The notes: a model not told the origin generated them from the letters alone. A stretch of DNA of 64,000 bases from Mobula hypostoma (GCF_963921235.1 NC_086107.1:107076001-107140000), one strand, 5' to 3'. Positions 25,201 to 38,254 are shown, counted from the stretch's first letter. Made by a program: numbers and translations.

Positions 25201-26620
25201 GCCACTCTGTGCTCCTATCGGATTTCTTCCTTGGCACCAGTGTCGTCGCAGAGCACTGTGTGGCTAAGTGCCTTGCTCAAGGACACAACACACTGCCTCG
25301 GCTGGGGCTCGAACTCATGACCTTCAGGTCGCTAGACGGATGCCTTAACCACATGCCCACACATAGGCAGCATCTATGGAAATGAATAAACAGTCGATGT
25401 TTCAGGCTGAGACCCTTCTTCAGGATGGAGAGTGAAGAGGGAGGATTCCAGAATAAGAAGGTGGAAGCAGGGGAAGGAGGCTAACTAGAAGGTGATAGGT
25501 GAAGCCAGGTGGGAGGGAAAGGTAAAGGGCTGGAGTGGAAGGAATCTGATAGGAGAGGAGAATGGACTATAGGAGAAAGGGAAGGAGGAGGGGACCCAGG
25601 GGGAAATGATAGGCTGGTGAGAAGAGGTAAAAAGTCAGAGTGGGGAATAGAAGAGGTAAAAGGTCAGAGTGGGGAATAGAAGGGGAGGGAATGGAGAGGG
25701 AAAAAGTACTGGAAGGAGAAATTGATATTCATGCCATCAGCTTGGAGGTTACCCAGACGGAATATAAGGTGTTGCTCCTCCACTCTGAGGGTGGCTTCAT
25801 CTTGGCACAAGATGAAGCCATGGGTACTGTTCTTGGGTATCTAACATTCTCGGATCTCCATTAGTTCCTAACCAAACACTCCCAAGTCTGACTATTCTTC
25901 ACATTATCGGGTATTAGCCTAAGAAAATCCTCACTGAGTTTTTGGCCGCAATATTGAAGATAAAGAAGCTCAGCTATCTCCATCTGTTTCCTTAACACTT
26001 GCAGGAAGGTGAGATATTGCAGAGTGCCACAGGCATGCACACATACACACACAACCTCTCTCAAGAGATGAACTGCAGCCTCTGTCAACCTGCATTCCGA
26101 GTAAACTTGGCTGCATTTCTACACTATGTTATGTAGGGTGTTAAATATCAATGCTGTAGCTCTTCCACAGATCCCGCATTTTGTCTTGATGAACAGCTGG
26201 CCAGAGGTGACCTAGAAGCAGCCATTTTATGTCAAAACCAACCCTATAATCAATGCCAGGGAAAGGAAGCTGCTCTAATTTAAAATGTCACTGATGCCAA
26301 TTTGACAAGCGTTGGTTCTGATCTACAGCCTCAGGTCAAAAGCACTATTACTTGTCGCATGTGAAAGTACAGTTTAGGAGCAAGTGTGGGTATCGAACCT
26401 GCTCAGTGGGGTTTTCACCAATCTTCTATCTCATCTCCCCTTCCCGTCCAAACTTCAAAAGTCTTGGTGATTGTTGTGGAGTGAACAAAGTCACTGGAGA
26501 GACCCTGAAGGTAATGGAGCAAAAACAAGCAGAAGGCCTCATATTCGAGACACTCTTGGAAGAAGAGGCCTGCCTGACCTAATATTACCTGTCGTTTTAT
26601 ATGTTAAAGATCAAAACGTA

Positions 26621-27310
26621 GGAAGGAGGAGAAGATGGCGGCGCGACGCAGCACGCGCGGCTGTTCCGAATGATATTGTATGTGTTAACTAGGGGGCCGT
26701 GCACAATCCTGATTTGATGGAGGCAGCCGTGAGAAGCACGGAGGAACACCTGGAGAAACTTCTGAAACGCCCGTTTCGCTGCTGCTGCTACTGTGCGATC
26801 GAGAATCTCCGGAGGGGAAGGCCCCAAATCCTCGGCTTTGCCGATTGCCTGTTGCCGGGGCCGGGGTCGAAGCGCTCAGCAGAGATGGCGCTCGGTGCTT
26901 GGAGTCGGAGGGCTGGTCGGAGGCTCGAAGTTTTCGGACGGACTCAATAGTCGGCTATGGTCGGGTGCTTCCAGGGTGCTGCATCGGCAAGTTTGCGGTG
27001 CTGGAAGTTCATGGCAGGAAGAGTTTTTTTTCTCCTTCTACAGTCTGCGTGAGATGATGGGACTTTCGAGAGACTTTTAGACTTTTTTTTACCGTGCCCA
27101 TGGTCTGTTCTTTATCAAATTACAGTATTGCTTTGCACTGTTGTAACTATATGTTATAATTATGTGGTTTTTGTCAGTTTTTCAGTCTTGGTTTGTCTTG
27201 TGTTTCTGTGATATCATTCTGGAGGAACATTGTATCATTTCTTAATGCATGCATTACTAAATGACAATAAAAGAGGACTGCGTGTCCTCATAACCTAATC
27301 TAAAATCTAA
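26621..27310 (+). mobile_element. ~690 bp non-tRNA retroposon, copy 3
   Basis: Homologous to 4466-5155; nested in the solo LTR. Confidence 0.85.
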
Positions 27311-27551
27311 AAAGTAACAGCAGGACAAAGTATAGTTACAATGTATCTACAATGCTTCCTTTGAATTATGTACACATCATCTTCACATACCTCCTTCTTT
27401 GCGTTCACACCCCGGCCACACAAGATGAAATTTAATCCCCACTGACTCATTCACGCATCTGCAGGCATATGCGGCCTAAGTAGAATGTTTCCTTGTTTGT
27501 GATTGACCTCTAACTTGCAGCTCAAGGATCCCCAATGTTCTGAGCTGCATT

Positions 27552-27988
27552 TTCTAATTTTTTTTTCATTTTTAAATCTTTTTATTAACTATTGTTGAAA
27601 ATCGACAACAAAAAACATTAAAATACTCAAGTCAATATATCAGTATGTATAATGAGTCAAACTATTAGCCAAGCTAAACAGTATATCAATAATAATAATA
27701 AGAAAAAAACAAATTGTTAAGGCTATTTTTTTTTGGAAAAAAGAAAGAAGGAAACAAGAACCCCTGCTAACTAAAACAAAAAAACCCTGCTAACAAAAAA
27801 AAGAGAAAAAAAAACTCATTTGGAGCACAAACCCGGAGCTGTACGCCATACAAGCTTCCATTAAAAAAAAGACATCCATCCGCCAACCAAATCCATTTAC
27901 CCAAGAATCAGAAGGGGACCATCGTAATTAACTCAAATCAAATGATAGTAGCAGGCAAAAGAGCCCCACCTTTTCTCAAAGTCAAATC
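27552..27988 (-). mobile_element. 5'-truncated L1 3' end
   Basis: 12-bp TSD ctgagctgcatt (27540-27551 / 27989-28000); minus-strand FDFEKRWGSFACYYHLI* terminus, AATAAA and A-rich tail. Confidence 0.75.
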
Positions 27989-29028
27989 CTGAGCTGCATT
28001 ATAAATCCAATCTGCAATGCACATTCAAATTCAAATGCTGTTGAAATTAATATTTGCTATATACTCTAACTCCAGAATACACCCTAACCGTGATGGACCG
28101 ATGGTAATCTGTTAATACCCCTGCAGGTTAGTTACATGACCCATAACACTGAAATGACTTTAACACATCCTTCAACTTCCAAGTTTTTGTCTCAGTTTTC
28201 TTGATATCTTCTAATCTTTCTCAGTGAAGCATTCATTTTTCTGATTTCTTCTTGTAAAGCATCTGAGGACATTATAACTGTGATAGATTTATATAGATTC
28301 TAGTTATTAATTGATATTTCTTTATTTTCTTTTGCCATTTTTGCAGTCATTCTCTCTTAGAGCTTGATACGCCTCTGTTCCTGAATTAGAACATAGAGCA
28401 TAGAACATTCTAGGGCAGTACCGGCCTTTCGGCCCCACAAATTTGTGCTGCCCTTTTAACCTACTCTGATCATAGCCCTCCATTTTTCAAGTTCATTTCC
28501 CTTTATTCTTTACTTTTACTGAAAAACATGCTATGCCCAAATTAACATTCCAGGGTCCAGCAGCAGCTTTCTCTTACACAGTACAGGTAGTAAAACATTC
28601 CTCAGTAGAATGGTCTTCGGAGATTGAGAAAATGCATTAATAATTTTTATTATTTTTATTTATTGAGATTTACCGGCCCTTTGATCCATGCCACCTAGCA
28701 ATCCCCAGATTTAACCCGAGCCTAATCACGGGACAATTTACATGACCAATTAATCTACCAATCGGTACGTCTTTGGACTGTGGGAGGAAACCCAAAATTT
28801 TTCCCTGAGGAAAGAGATAGTGACTGTCCACCCTTTATCTCTATCCCTCATGATTTTATATGCCCCCAAAAGGCGACCCCCTCAGCCTCCTATGCTCCAG
28901 GAAAACCCAATCCAATCTTTTATAACTAAAGCCTCTTGTCCCAGAAACATCCTTGTGAAATGTTGCTACTCCTTTTCCAGCTTAATGACATCCTCCCTAC
29001 AGCTGGGCGGCCGGAACTGTGCATAATA

Positions 29029-29208
29029 TGAGGGGTGATTGATAAGTTCGTGGCCTAAGGTAGAAGGAGTCAGTTTTAGAAGGAGGTGAGGAGAAACTTC
29101 AAACTTTCTGCATAATCACTCAAAGAGTTGAACTGCATGTGCGCGTAACGAGAGCTGTGTAACTCATCTCCTTCTACCGTAGGCCACGAACTTATCAACC
29201 ACCCCTCG
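29029..29208. mobile_element. Mariner-type MITE
   Basis: ~40-bp TIRs tgaggggtgattgataagttcgtggcctaaggtagaaggag / ctccttctaccgtaggccacgaacttatcaaccacccctcg; TA on both sides. Confidence 0.85.
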
Positions 29209-29224
29209 TATTCCAAATGTGGCC

Positions 29225-29655
29225 TGTCGTGACATGAGTAAGGTCATTGGAGAGGCAGTGATGCTGGTGGATATAGAAATAGTTTATTCAACAATAAAAA
29301 AATGAGCAACAGACTTCATATTGAGACACTTTTGGAGGAAGAGGTGTCCCAGCCCAATATTAAAAGACACTTCTATATGCTAAAGATCAAAGGTAACAGC
29401 AGAACAAATCTATAGTTACAATGTATCTACAATGCTTTCCTTTGAATTACATATAGTTTTCACACACCTTCTTCGCACCCACACTCCAGACACCCAAAAT
29501 TAATGTTAATCTCCACTGACACTAGGCTGCATTCATGCATATGCAACTATATGAAGTCTAATTGTTTTGAGCTGTGTTTGAAACCAAATCTGAAGACTTG
29601 TTGCTGGTAAAATTGATATTTGATATATACCCTAACTCCAGAATATGCCCTGACA
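29225..29655 (-). mobile_element. Solo LTR
   Basis: TGT...ACA termini; TSD tggcc/tggct; minus-strand AATAAA near 29283. Confidence 0.7.
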
Positions 29656-30215
29656 TGGCTTTACCAACAATTTGTACAGTTCCAACATGGCATCCCTACA
29701 GCACTCGTGAAGGCCCAAACATTTTTAATGCCTGTCTGCCCTGGTTCAGCTTCTCGAAATACAATACCTCATGCTTATGTATGTATGTATGTATGTATGT
29801 ATGTATTTATTTATTTATTGAGATACAGCACAGAATAGGCTCTCCTGACCCTTCGAGCCATGCCGCCCGACAAACTGTGATTTAGCCCAAGCCTGATCAT
29901 GGGAGAATTTACAATAACAGTCTTTGGACTGTGGGAGGAAACCAGAGTGCCCAGAGGAAACCTATATGGTCACGGGGAGAATGTACAAGCTCAGTACAGG
30001 CAGTGGCGGGAATTGAACCCTGGTCTCTGGGACTAACCACCATGCTGCCGTGCCTCCCTTGTCGGAGTTAAATTTCATCTGCCATTCCTTGGCTCACTTC
30101 TATAGGTTATTAGTCCCCGCTGTAACCTTTGATAGCCTTCTTTGCTGTTGACTACACCACAAATTTCGGTGTCATTTGCTAACCATGCTTACAATACTGA
30201 TATCCAGATCATAAA

Positions 30216-30754
30216 TACACATGCTGTGGCCACGTTATTGGGTACACCTGCTCATTAAAGCAAATATTTAATCAGCCTATCACGTGGCAGCAACTCAATA
30301 CATAAAGCATGCAGACATGGTTAAACAGTTCATTTGTTGTTCAGACCAAAGATCAGAATGGAAAAGAAATGATTTTGACTTTGGAATGATTGTTGGTGCC
30401 AGACAGGGTGGCTTGAGTATCTCAGAAACTGCTGATCTTCTGGGATTTTCACACACAACAGTTTCTAGAGTTTACAGAGAGTGGTGTGAAAAACAAAAAA
30501 AAACAACATCCAGCGAGCAGCAGTTCTGTGGGCGAAAATGCCTTGTTAATGAGAGACGTTGGTGGAGAATGGCCAGACTGTTTCAAGCTGACAGGAAGGC
30601 GACAGCAACTCAAATAAACATGAGTAACAACAGTGGTGTACAGAACAGCATTTTAAGCACACAGCACGTGGAACCGTGAAGTGGACGGACTACAGCAGCA
30701 GAAGACCACAAACATACACTGAGGAGGCACCTAATAAAATGGCCACTGAGTGTA
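30216..30754 (+). mobile_element. Non-autonomous Tc1-like element
   Basis: ORF 30284-30679: GMIVGARQGGLSISETADLLGFSHTTVSRVYREW...CGRKCLV, a Tc1 HTH region; TIR ends. Confidence 0.85.
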
Positions 30755-30994
30755 TATGGTGAATAAAGTTGATCCTTAATCCTTGATTCTGATGAATTGA
30801 TCTGTAAGAACAATGTGCAAGACAAACTTTTCAGTGTATCTTGGTACACGTGACAATAATAAACCAATTCCAATGCCTCATTGGTGGTACTCTGTACAGT
30901 TAATACCTATTTATCTAATGAAGATATATGTGGACACAGTGCAGTAAAAATTTATTTGACCAATTCAGAATCGGAATCAGAATCAAGTATATAT

Positions 30995-31308
30995 TTAAGG
31001 CATCTGTTAGTCTTGCGAGACCATGGATCTGCGCCTGGAAAGTCTTCACTCTCCAGGGCACAGGCCTGGGCAAGGTTGTGTGGAAGACCAGCAGTTGCCC
31101 ATGCTGCAAGTCTCCCCTCTCCACGACACCAATGTTGTCCAAGGGAAGAGCATTAGGACCCATACAGCTTGGCACCGGTGTCGTCGCAGAGCACTGTGTG
31201 ATTAAGTGCCTTGCTCAAGGACACAACACGTTGCCTCGGCTGGGGCTTGAACTCACGACCTTCAGGTCGATAGTCCAATGCCTTAACCACCTGGCCACGT
31301 GCCCGCAC
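30995..31308 (-). mobile_element. tRNA-derived SINE with CORE-like segment
   Basis: 12-bp TSD tcaagtatatat (30983-30994 / 31309-31320); A/B boxes tggccaggtgg / gttcaagcc; gtgtccttgagcaaggcacttaa; partial copy at 25232-25360. Confidence 0.8.
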
Positions 31309-31332
31309 TCAAGTATATATATATAATTGATA

Positions 31333-31858
31333 TATAGTGCAAATGTCTTAGATGCATATACAGTATATAGGCTAGGGGACCTAAGACTTTTGCACAGTAC
31401 TGTAAGTTATTTTATATATTGGACTGTACTCCTGCCACAAAAATAAAAAAAAATCATGACATGACATATAAAAATCATGAGTGATGGTACACCTGATTCT
31501 GATCTGGGTCTCTACGGTGGACTGAGAGTGGGAAGGGGGCAGGGAGAGGGCAATCATGGTTGGGCAAAGGACAAGGGAGAGGGGAGGGAGTGGGAGGCAC
31601 CAGAGAGACATTCTGTAATGATCAGTGAACCAGTTGTTAGGAATCAAATCACCTTGCCTGGTGTCTCAGGGCTGGGTGTGTCTGCACCCACAAACACCCG
31701 CCCCGGCATTCCTTCTCTGTCACCTGTCTCACACCCCTCGCCGTTCCTTGGCTCCCGTCAGATTTACAAACTCGTTCTCCTCTTCATGTTGACAAATACA
31801 CTGCTGTGCAAAAGTCTTAGGATTATAAATGTTCCCAAGACTTTTGCACAGTACTGTA
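31333..31858. mobile_element. Composite Tc1-type MITE, copy B
   Basis: Mini palindromes at 31333-31404 and 31797-31858 flank a passenger shared with 10533-10988. Confidence 0.7.
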
Positions 31859-32644
31859 TATATATATATATATATACACAATTAAATTAGTAAGTAGTGC
31901 AAAAAGAGAGCAAAAAAAGGAAAAAAAAATACTGAGGTAGTGTTCATGGCTCATGGTCCATTCAGAAATCTGACGGCAGAGGGGAAGAAGCTGTTCCTGA
32001 AGCAATGAGTGTTTGTCTTTGTCTTCAGGCTCCTGGACCTCCTCCCTCATGGTAGCAATGAGAAGAGGGCGCGTCCCGGGTGATGGGGGGGGGCGGTGGA
32101 GGGGGTCCTTCACAACAGCTGCCGTCACCTTTTGAAGATGTCCTTGATGCTGGGGAGAATAGTGCCCGTGATGGAGTGGGGAGAACAGTGCCCGTGATGG
32201 AGCTGGGTGAGAGCATAACCTGCTGTTGCTCTTTGCGATTCTGCACAGTTGCCCCTGCACACCCCATTTCCTGGGACGGAGCTGTAGCTCCAAAATAATA
32301 GAATGAGTGATTTATGTCTTTGTTGCCTCCATTTTAGATGAATGAAGAGTCGTTTTCATTGAAGCACTAGATTCCAATGTGAATTCACAGGGCAGACTCT
32401 GAGATGTTATTACCTCTATAATTACCAGACTCAGAATTTTGGCTTACGTTTAGCCTCTCACAATTCCAGCATATTTTTCTCTCTCTAACTGATGTATTGA
32501 TCGAGACTGCATCCAAAGCAATGCCATTACCTGACGACCTCACAGACATTCCCTTTTTATCCCTCCATCACCACCCCTTCTCCGCAGCCGAATACATAAT
32601 TTACCCACCTCCATGGCCTTGAAGAAGGATCATTGATCAGAAGC

Positions 32645-32980
32645 CTAGAGGTACAGTCGACATTTCGGGCCGAGACCCTTCGTCAGGACTAACTGAAGGA
32701 AGAGCTGGTAAGAGATTTGAAAGTGGGAGGGGGAGGGGGAGATCCAAAATGATAGGAGAAGACAGGTGGGGGAGGGATGGAGCCAAGAGCTGGACAGTCG
32801 ATTGGCAAAAGGGATATGAGAGGATCATGGGACAGGAGGCCCAGGGAGAAGGAAAAGGGGGAGGGGGGGAAAGCCCAGAGGATGGGCAAGTGGTATAGTC
32901 AGAGGGACAGAGGGAAAAAAAGGAGAGGGAGAAAAAGAATGTGTGTATATAAATAAATAACGGATGGGGTACGACGGGGA
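32645..32980 (-). mobile_element. Penelope-like 3' fragment with hammerhead motif (32654-32691)
   Basis: Near-identical to 22885-23215. Confidence 0.8.
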
Positions 32981-33127
32981 GGAGGAGAACAGGCCCTTTG
33001 GCCCATCTAGTCTGTGCCAAACTGTTATTCTGCCTAGTTCCATCTGCCTGCACCTGGTGGCCAGCAGTGAAGTTTTCTGAGAGGGCAAAATACCCTAGGA
33101 GGTAAAATGAGGAAAAAGTAAAGAATT

Positions 33128-33680
33128 GGACAAAGGCTTGGAGCTCTGTGGAACGTAGCATTCAAACTAGACAAAGAGGGCAGAGCCATGGTTTACAAAG
33201 CCCAGGTATGAAGTACGCCTGCTTATCATGGATGAACGCCTCACAGAGTGTCCTCAGACAGCTTGATTCCATTCAAAGAAAGGCTCTCAGGATTATAGGT
33301 GTAGGTGAAGCCACAGCTCGTGAGAAACTAGGCATCAGTAGCTCACACCACAGACGACAGGTTGCTGCAGCTACTGTGCTATACAAAATGCCCACCAGCC
33401 ACAGCCCTGCAGACCTTCACGTCATGCTGCCTTCATCTTATGAGAGACGGCGCACCACACGATCAAGTTTACCTGTGCCTGCTCACGTTGTTTCTATGCC
33501 TGACGCGAAAACCTACACACTGGATAGAAGCTTCCTTCACTGTGCTGTCAGAATTTGGAACAGCCTTCCAGATGCTGTGGTTGGAAACATCTGCGACGAT
33601 GGGGGTCCAAGCCTTCAAGAGTCGAGTGCACAAACACCTATCATCTCTGGGAGGGAAGTCACATGCTTCTTCATAAGCTG
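33128..33680 (+). mobile_element. CR1/L2-group LINE ORF2 C-terminal fragment, distinct from the common CR1
   Basis: YKAQV..MKYACLSW...LDSIQRKALRII...HHRRQVAA..VLYK...RSFLHCAVRIWNSLP. Confidence 0.7.
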
Positions 33681-34309
33681 TCATGAAGGGGACCAGGATG
33701 GCAATGCTTGGTTGTTGGTAGGTAGGGTTAATACATGACTTTCAAGAGCACTTGTGAGTTATGTTCCGTCTGGACTTAGTCCTCAAACTGCTGGAGAACA
33801 GTGTGCAAAGAACAGGTGCTGTTTTCTCCTGGTAGGGATTAGTTTTTGTTCCAAGTGCTCCTGCCAGGTTTTGTCACTCTGAAATCTCATCCTTCAATCT
33901 CTTTGAATTATGGAGGACAGCCTGAATCTAAATGTCTCTCTCCAGCAGACTTCATCATGATCATCATGACTCCAGTATTTCCACTATTTTTTAATGTTTC
34001 TTAATTGTACATATGATTTTTTTTGTGTTCTGTCGCTGAGCAGCAGTGAACCATCTGATTGGCCTGTCAGAGTTCTCTTTGGGAACTAGTTGACCTGATC
34101 TGCATTTCTGATCCGGCTATTGTTCACGATTGCACTTAATAAAAAAAATTGTTCTCTTTCGCGTACTGTTGATGTAGGTGGATCCAGGGAGAAGGGACAG
34201 AAGTGTTAGGACAATCAGTGCATTGTACCCATGGGAGTCCATTAACATCCGAGGGGAGGACTAAACTGCAGAGCTAGTTGATAAAGACATAAGGAGGCCG
34301 CACACCCAC

Positions 34310-34700
34310 AGGGCTGTCAGCAGTGCGTTGCATGTTCCTCTCTCACCTCTGAATCACAAGGTTGTGAGTTCAATCCCCTGCTCACCCGGGGCTGTGAACT
34401 GGCTGACACTCCCAGTGTAGTACACAGCAGCCGCTTCAGAGTTTGGATGAAATGTTAAACTCTTAACCATTAAGACACTGCGGGTGTCCATTCTGAAAAA
34501 AGAGCAGAGGACTTCATCCCCAGAGCTTCCTTGGCAGACCTGGTTCCTATTTGCGTCAGTAATTCAAATTGTCAAACCTATTATTGGATCAGCACTATTA
34601 ATTCAAATTACTTTCCTGCTATTGGTGGGATCTTGCTGTTCACAACCAGTCACCAGTATAATAGTGACTTCACTTCGAGATAAACATTATCGGTTCCAAA
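34310..34700 (+). mobile_element. Degenerate DeuSINE (SacSINE1-like)
   Basis: ctctcacctctgaatcacaaggttgtgagttcaatccc...ggctgacactcccagtgtagtac...gaagagcag-like segment...tgggatcttgctg. Confidence 0.6.
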
Positions 34701-36032
34701 ACTCCAGAAACCTACATCTTTTAACAACCTGTAGTTAAGCCTGGGTGGTGGGCTGGAGATACGTCTCTACCAAAGGAGGTGTAAGGTGCTCCTTCCCTCC
34801 ACTAGCCTGCAGGTCACCCTTGTGTAGGTGTAGCACCTGCTTAATCCCCCCGATCAGGGTCATGTGAAGCCACAGGAGCAGGAGGTGGGTGGTCGTATGA
34901 GCAACTGGTGCCTATCACAAGTCCTGGTTATGCGACCACTAACGCCAGGCAGACAGTCACTGAAGAGTATTGGTAATGGCCGGGGTCACCCGTCTTGTAA
35001 AGACACTGCCCAGAAGAAGGCGACGGCAGTGACTGTATTTCATTAGGAGTTTGAGTAGATTTGGGTGTGTCACCACAGACAACTGCAAATGTCTACACGT
35101 GTACCGCGGAGACCACTCTAACTGGCTGCATCACAGTCTGGTGGGGGGTGGTGGGGGTTGGGATATGGCTAATGCACAAGATTGAAATAAGCTGCAGAAA
35201 GTTTTAAACTTCGTCAGCTCCATCATGGGCACTAGCCTCCGTAGTATTCTGGACATCTTCAAGGAGCGATGCCTCAAAAAAGTGGCATCGATCATTAAGG
35301 ACCCCCATCACCCAGGTCATGCCCTCTTCTCATTGCTACCATCAGGGAGGAGGTACAGAAGCCTGAAGCCTGAAGGAACACACCCAACAATTCAGGAACA
35401 GCTTCTTCCCCTCTGCCATCAGATCTCTGAATGGACATTGAACCCATGAACACTACCTCACTACCTATTTGTTCTATTTTTGCACTACTTATTTAATTTT
35501 ACTATTTATATATATAACAATTAACTGTAATTCATGTTTTGTCTATTATAAAGTATTGTACTGCTGCCGCATAACAAATTTCATGACATATGCCGATGAT
35601 ATTAAACTTCATTGTGATAAGCCAGGGATAACTTACAGTGCTAAATTAACCTATAAATCCGCATGATTTTTTTGGATGTGGGAGGAAAATGGAGATCCAG
35701 GAGGAATCTGACATCGTCACAGGGAGACCGTGCAAACATCACACCGACAACAGTGAAGATTAGGATTGAACCTGAGTCTCTAGTGCCGTGAGGCAGTGAG
35801 GCAGCAACGCTCCCAGTGGCATCACTGTGTTGCCATGGTTGGTGACACATTATCACTACCTCAAAAAGGAAAGTCAGCTTCGTCCAAGACCAACCAGTCT
35901 TCCCTTGGTCACCAGCAAAATGATTAAAGCAGATGGCGTTGAAACCAACCACCCAATGTGTCCCATTTAGATTGGCTTAGAGGTACACTTGATAAGTTAT
36001 TAGATTATTGACCAGGTTGGAGTGCAGTGCCA

Positions 36033-37185
36033 AACATACGCTCAACGGCCGCTTTATTAAGAGCCTGCTGTACCTAATAAAGTGGCCATTAAGTGTCTGT
36101 TTGTGGTCGTCTGCTGCTGTAGCCCATCCACTTCAAGGTTCAACATGTTGTGCATTCAGAGATGCTCTCCTGACACCACTTTGTAACATGAGGTTATGTG
36201 AGTTACTATCACTTTCCTAGCAACCTGAACCAGTCTGGCCATTTTTCTCTGACCTCTCTCATTAGCAAGGCATTTTAACCCACTGAGTTGCCACTTACTG
36301 GGTGTTTCTTTGCTTTTCACAACATTCTCTGTGAACTCTAGAGACTGTCGTGCTTGTAAATCCCAGTAATCAGCAGTTTCCGAGATACTCAAACCAACCC
36401 ATCTGGCACCAACAATCATTCCACAGTCAAAGTCACTTTGATCACATTTCTCTCACTTTCTGATGTTTGGTCTGAACAGTAAATAGTAGTCATAGTCATA
36501 GTCATACTTTATTGATCCCGAGGGAAATTTGGTTTCATTACGGTTGCACCAACCAAGAACAGAGTATAAATATAGCAATATAAAACCATAAATAATTAAA
36601 TAATAACATGTAAATTATGCCAGGAAATAAGTCCAGGACCAGCCTATTTCTGATGACTCAGGGTGTCTGACCCTCCAAGGGAGGAGTTGTAAAGTTTGAT
36701 GGCCACAGGCAGGAATGACTTCCTATGATGCTCTGTGTTGCATCTCGTTGGAATGAGTCTCTGGCTGAATGTACTCCTGTGCCCAACCAGTACATTATGT
36801 AGTGGATGGGAGACATCGTTCAAGATGGCATGCAACTTAGACAGCATCCCCTTTTCAGACACCACCGTCAGAGAGTCCAGTTCCATCCCCACAACATCAC
36901 TGGCCTTACGAATGAGTTTGTTGATTCTGTTGGTGTCTGCTACCCTCAGCCTGCTGCCCCAGCACACAACAGCAAACATGATCGCACTGGCCACCACAGA
37001 CTCGTGGAACATCCTCAGCATTGTCCGGCAGATGTTAAAAGACCTCAGTCTCCTCAGCAACTGAGCCTCTTGACCATGTCTGCATGCTTTTATACATTGA
37101 GATGCTGCCCTATGATTAGCTGTTTAGATATTTGCATTAATAAGCAGGTGGACAGGTGTACCTAATAAAGTGGCCACTGAATGTA
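36033..37185 (-). mobile_element. Non-autonomous Tc1-like element interrupted by a LINE
   Basis: MIVGARWVGLSISETAD relic; terminal tacctaataaagtggccactgaatgta; further copies at 47950-48468 and 38941-39148 (partial), TIR fragments at 51860-51931 and 53080-53135. Confidence 0.8.
36482..37058 (-). mobile_element. Rex1/Babar-type LINE 3' fragment
   Basis: Open frame LRRLRSFNI...SVVASAIMFAVVCWG...SHPLH...RKSFLPVAIKLYN; (atgact)n tail. Confidence 0.8.
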
Positions 37186-38254
37186 GCTTAATACTTTATG
37201 CAGGTCTGGATGATTTAGTTTATATCTTAATGAGTGCTTAAAGATTAGCGTTACTTGTCACATGTACATCAAAGCACACAGTGAAGTGTGTCGTCTGCTT
37301 CAAATCAAATCAGTGAGGATTATGCTGGGCAGCCTGCAAGTGTCACCTTGCTTTTGGCACCAACTTAGCACACCCACTATTCTCTAACCTTTACTGTACG
37401 CCTTTGGAATGTGGGAAGAACCTGGAGCATCTGGAGGAACCCCACGTGGTCACAGGAGAACCTACAAGCTCCATACAGAGATGGGAATTGAACCCAAAAC
37501 TTATAGCAGAAGGGGAACAGGAAGTAGAATTAAAATGTGAGGCCATCGGGAAATTCCGACTTCAGTGGCAGACAGAGTGTAGGTGCTCGACAAAGCGGCA
37601 TGAACATCGATTTCTTTAACTTCTGGTAATTACTTCCCCTTCCTTGCTTTCTCTCTTCCTATTCCACATTCTGATTGCACTCTCACCCCGTCTCTTCCCC
37701 TCACCTCCATCCGCTGCCCCTCCTCCTTCCCTTTCTCCCATGGCCCACTCTCCTCTCCTATCAGATTCCTTCTTCTTCAGCCTTTTATCTTTTCCACCTA
37801 TCAACCCCCAGTTTCTTACTTCGTCCCCCTCACCTGGTTCCACCTTTCAGCCGCCATCTTGTACTGCTTCCCCTCCCCCCCACATTCTTATTCTGGCTTC
37901 TGCCCCCTTCCTTTATTGTCCCGATCGGGATCTCAGCCCGAAATGTTATCTGCTTACTTCCCTTCATAGATGCTGTCAGACCCGCTGAGTTCCTTCAGCA
38001 TTTTGTATGTGTTACAGGTGGTTGTAAAATTTGGAGTTCACTCATCTCCACTTAGGACTCCACAGCAGGAGGTTCCTCAAGTGGTAACCAGGCCCAACCA
38101 ACTGTGGCTCATTCCTTCCACCATCAGTTCAGTAGAAGGGATGTTTCCTGCTGATTGCACCATGTACAATTTTATTGCAATCCCTCACCAAAATTAATGC
38201 TTCCATTAGAAAGCACTCAGGCATAAACGGATTAGCGACGAGTATATCAAATTT

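Larger units (their letters stand above)
26472..28089 (-). mobile_element. Solo LTR carrying two nested insertions
   Basis: Starts tgt; 5-bp TSD gtgat (26467-26471 / 28090-28094); colinear with 29225-29655 once the inserts are removed. Confidence 0.65.
28800..29765 (-). mobile_element. Old CR1 relic hosting a MITE and a solo LTR
   Basis: Flanks rejoin as ccggaactgtgcataata|ttccaaatgtggc|ttaccaac, matching the CR1 at 45415-45455. Confidence 0.6.

Noticed and set aside
28140..28270. Minus-strand coiled-coil-like peptide ALQEEIRKMNASLRKIRRYQEN*
   Set aside because: Only ~22 codons in purine-rich DNA with no supporting exons
26472..29655. Full LTR retrotransposon bounded by the two LTRs
   Set aside because: Each LTR has its own TSD and there is no gag/pol between them
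34743..34850. HDV-like ribozyme at the RTE-type SINE 5' end
   Set aside because: A P1-like pairing (gggtgg/tcaccc) and a hairpin exist, but I could not assign P2, P3 or the catalytic C
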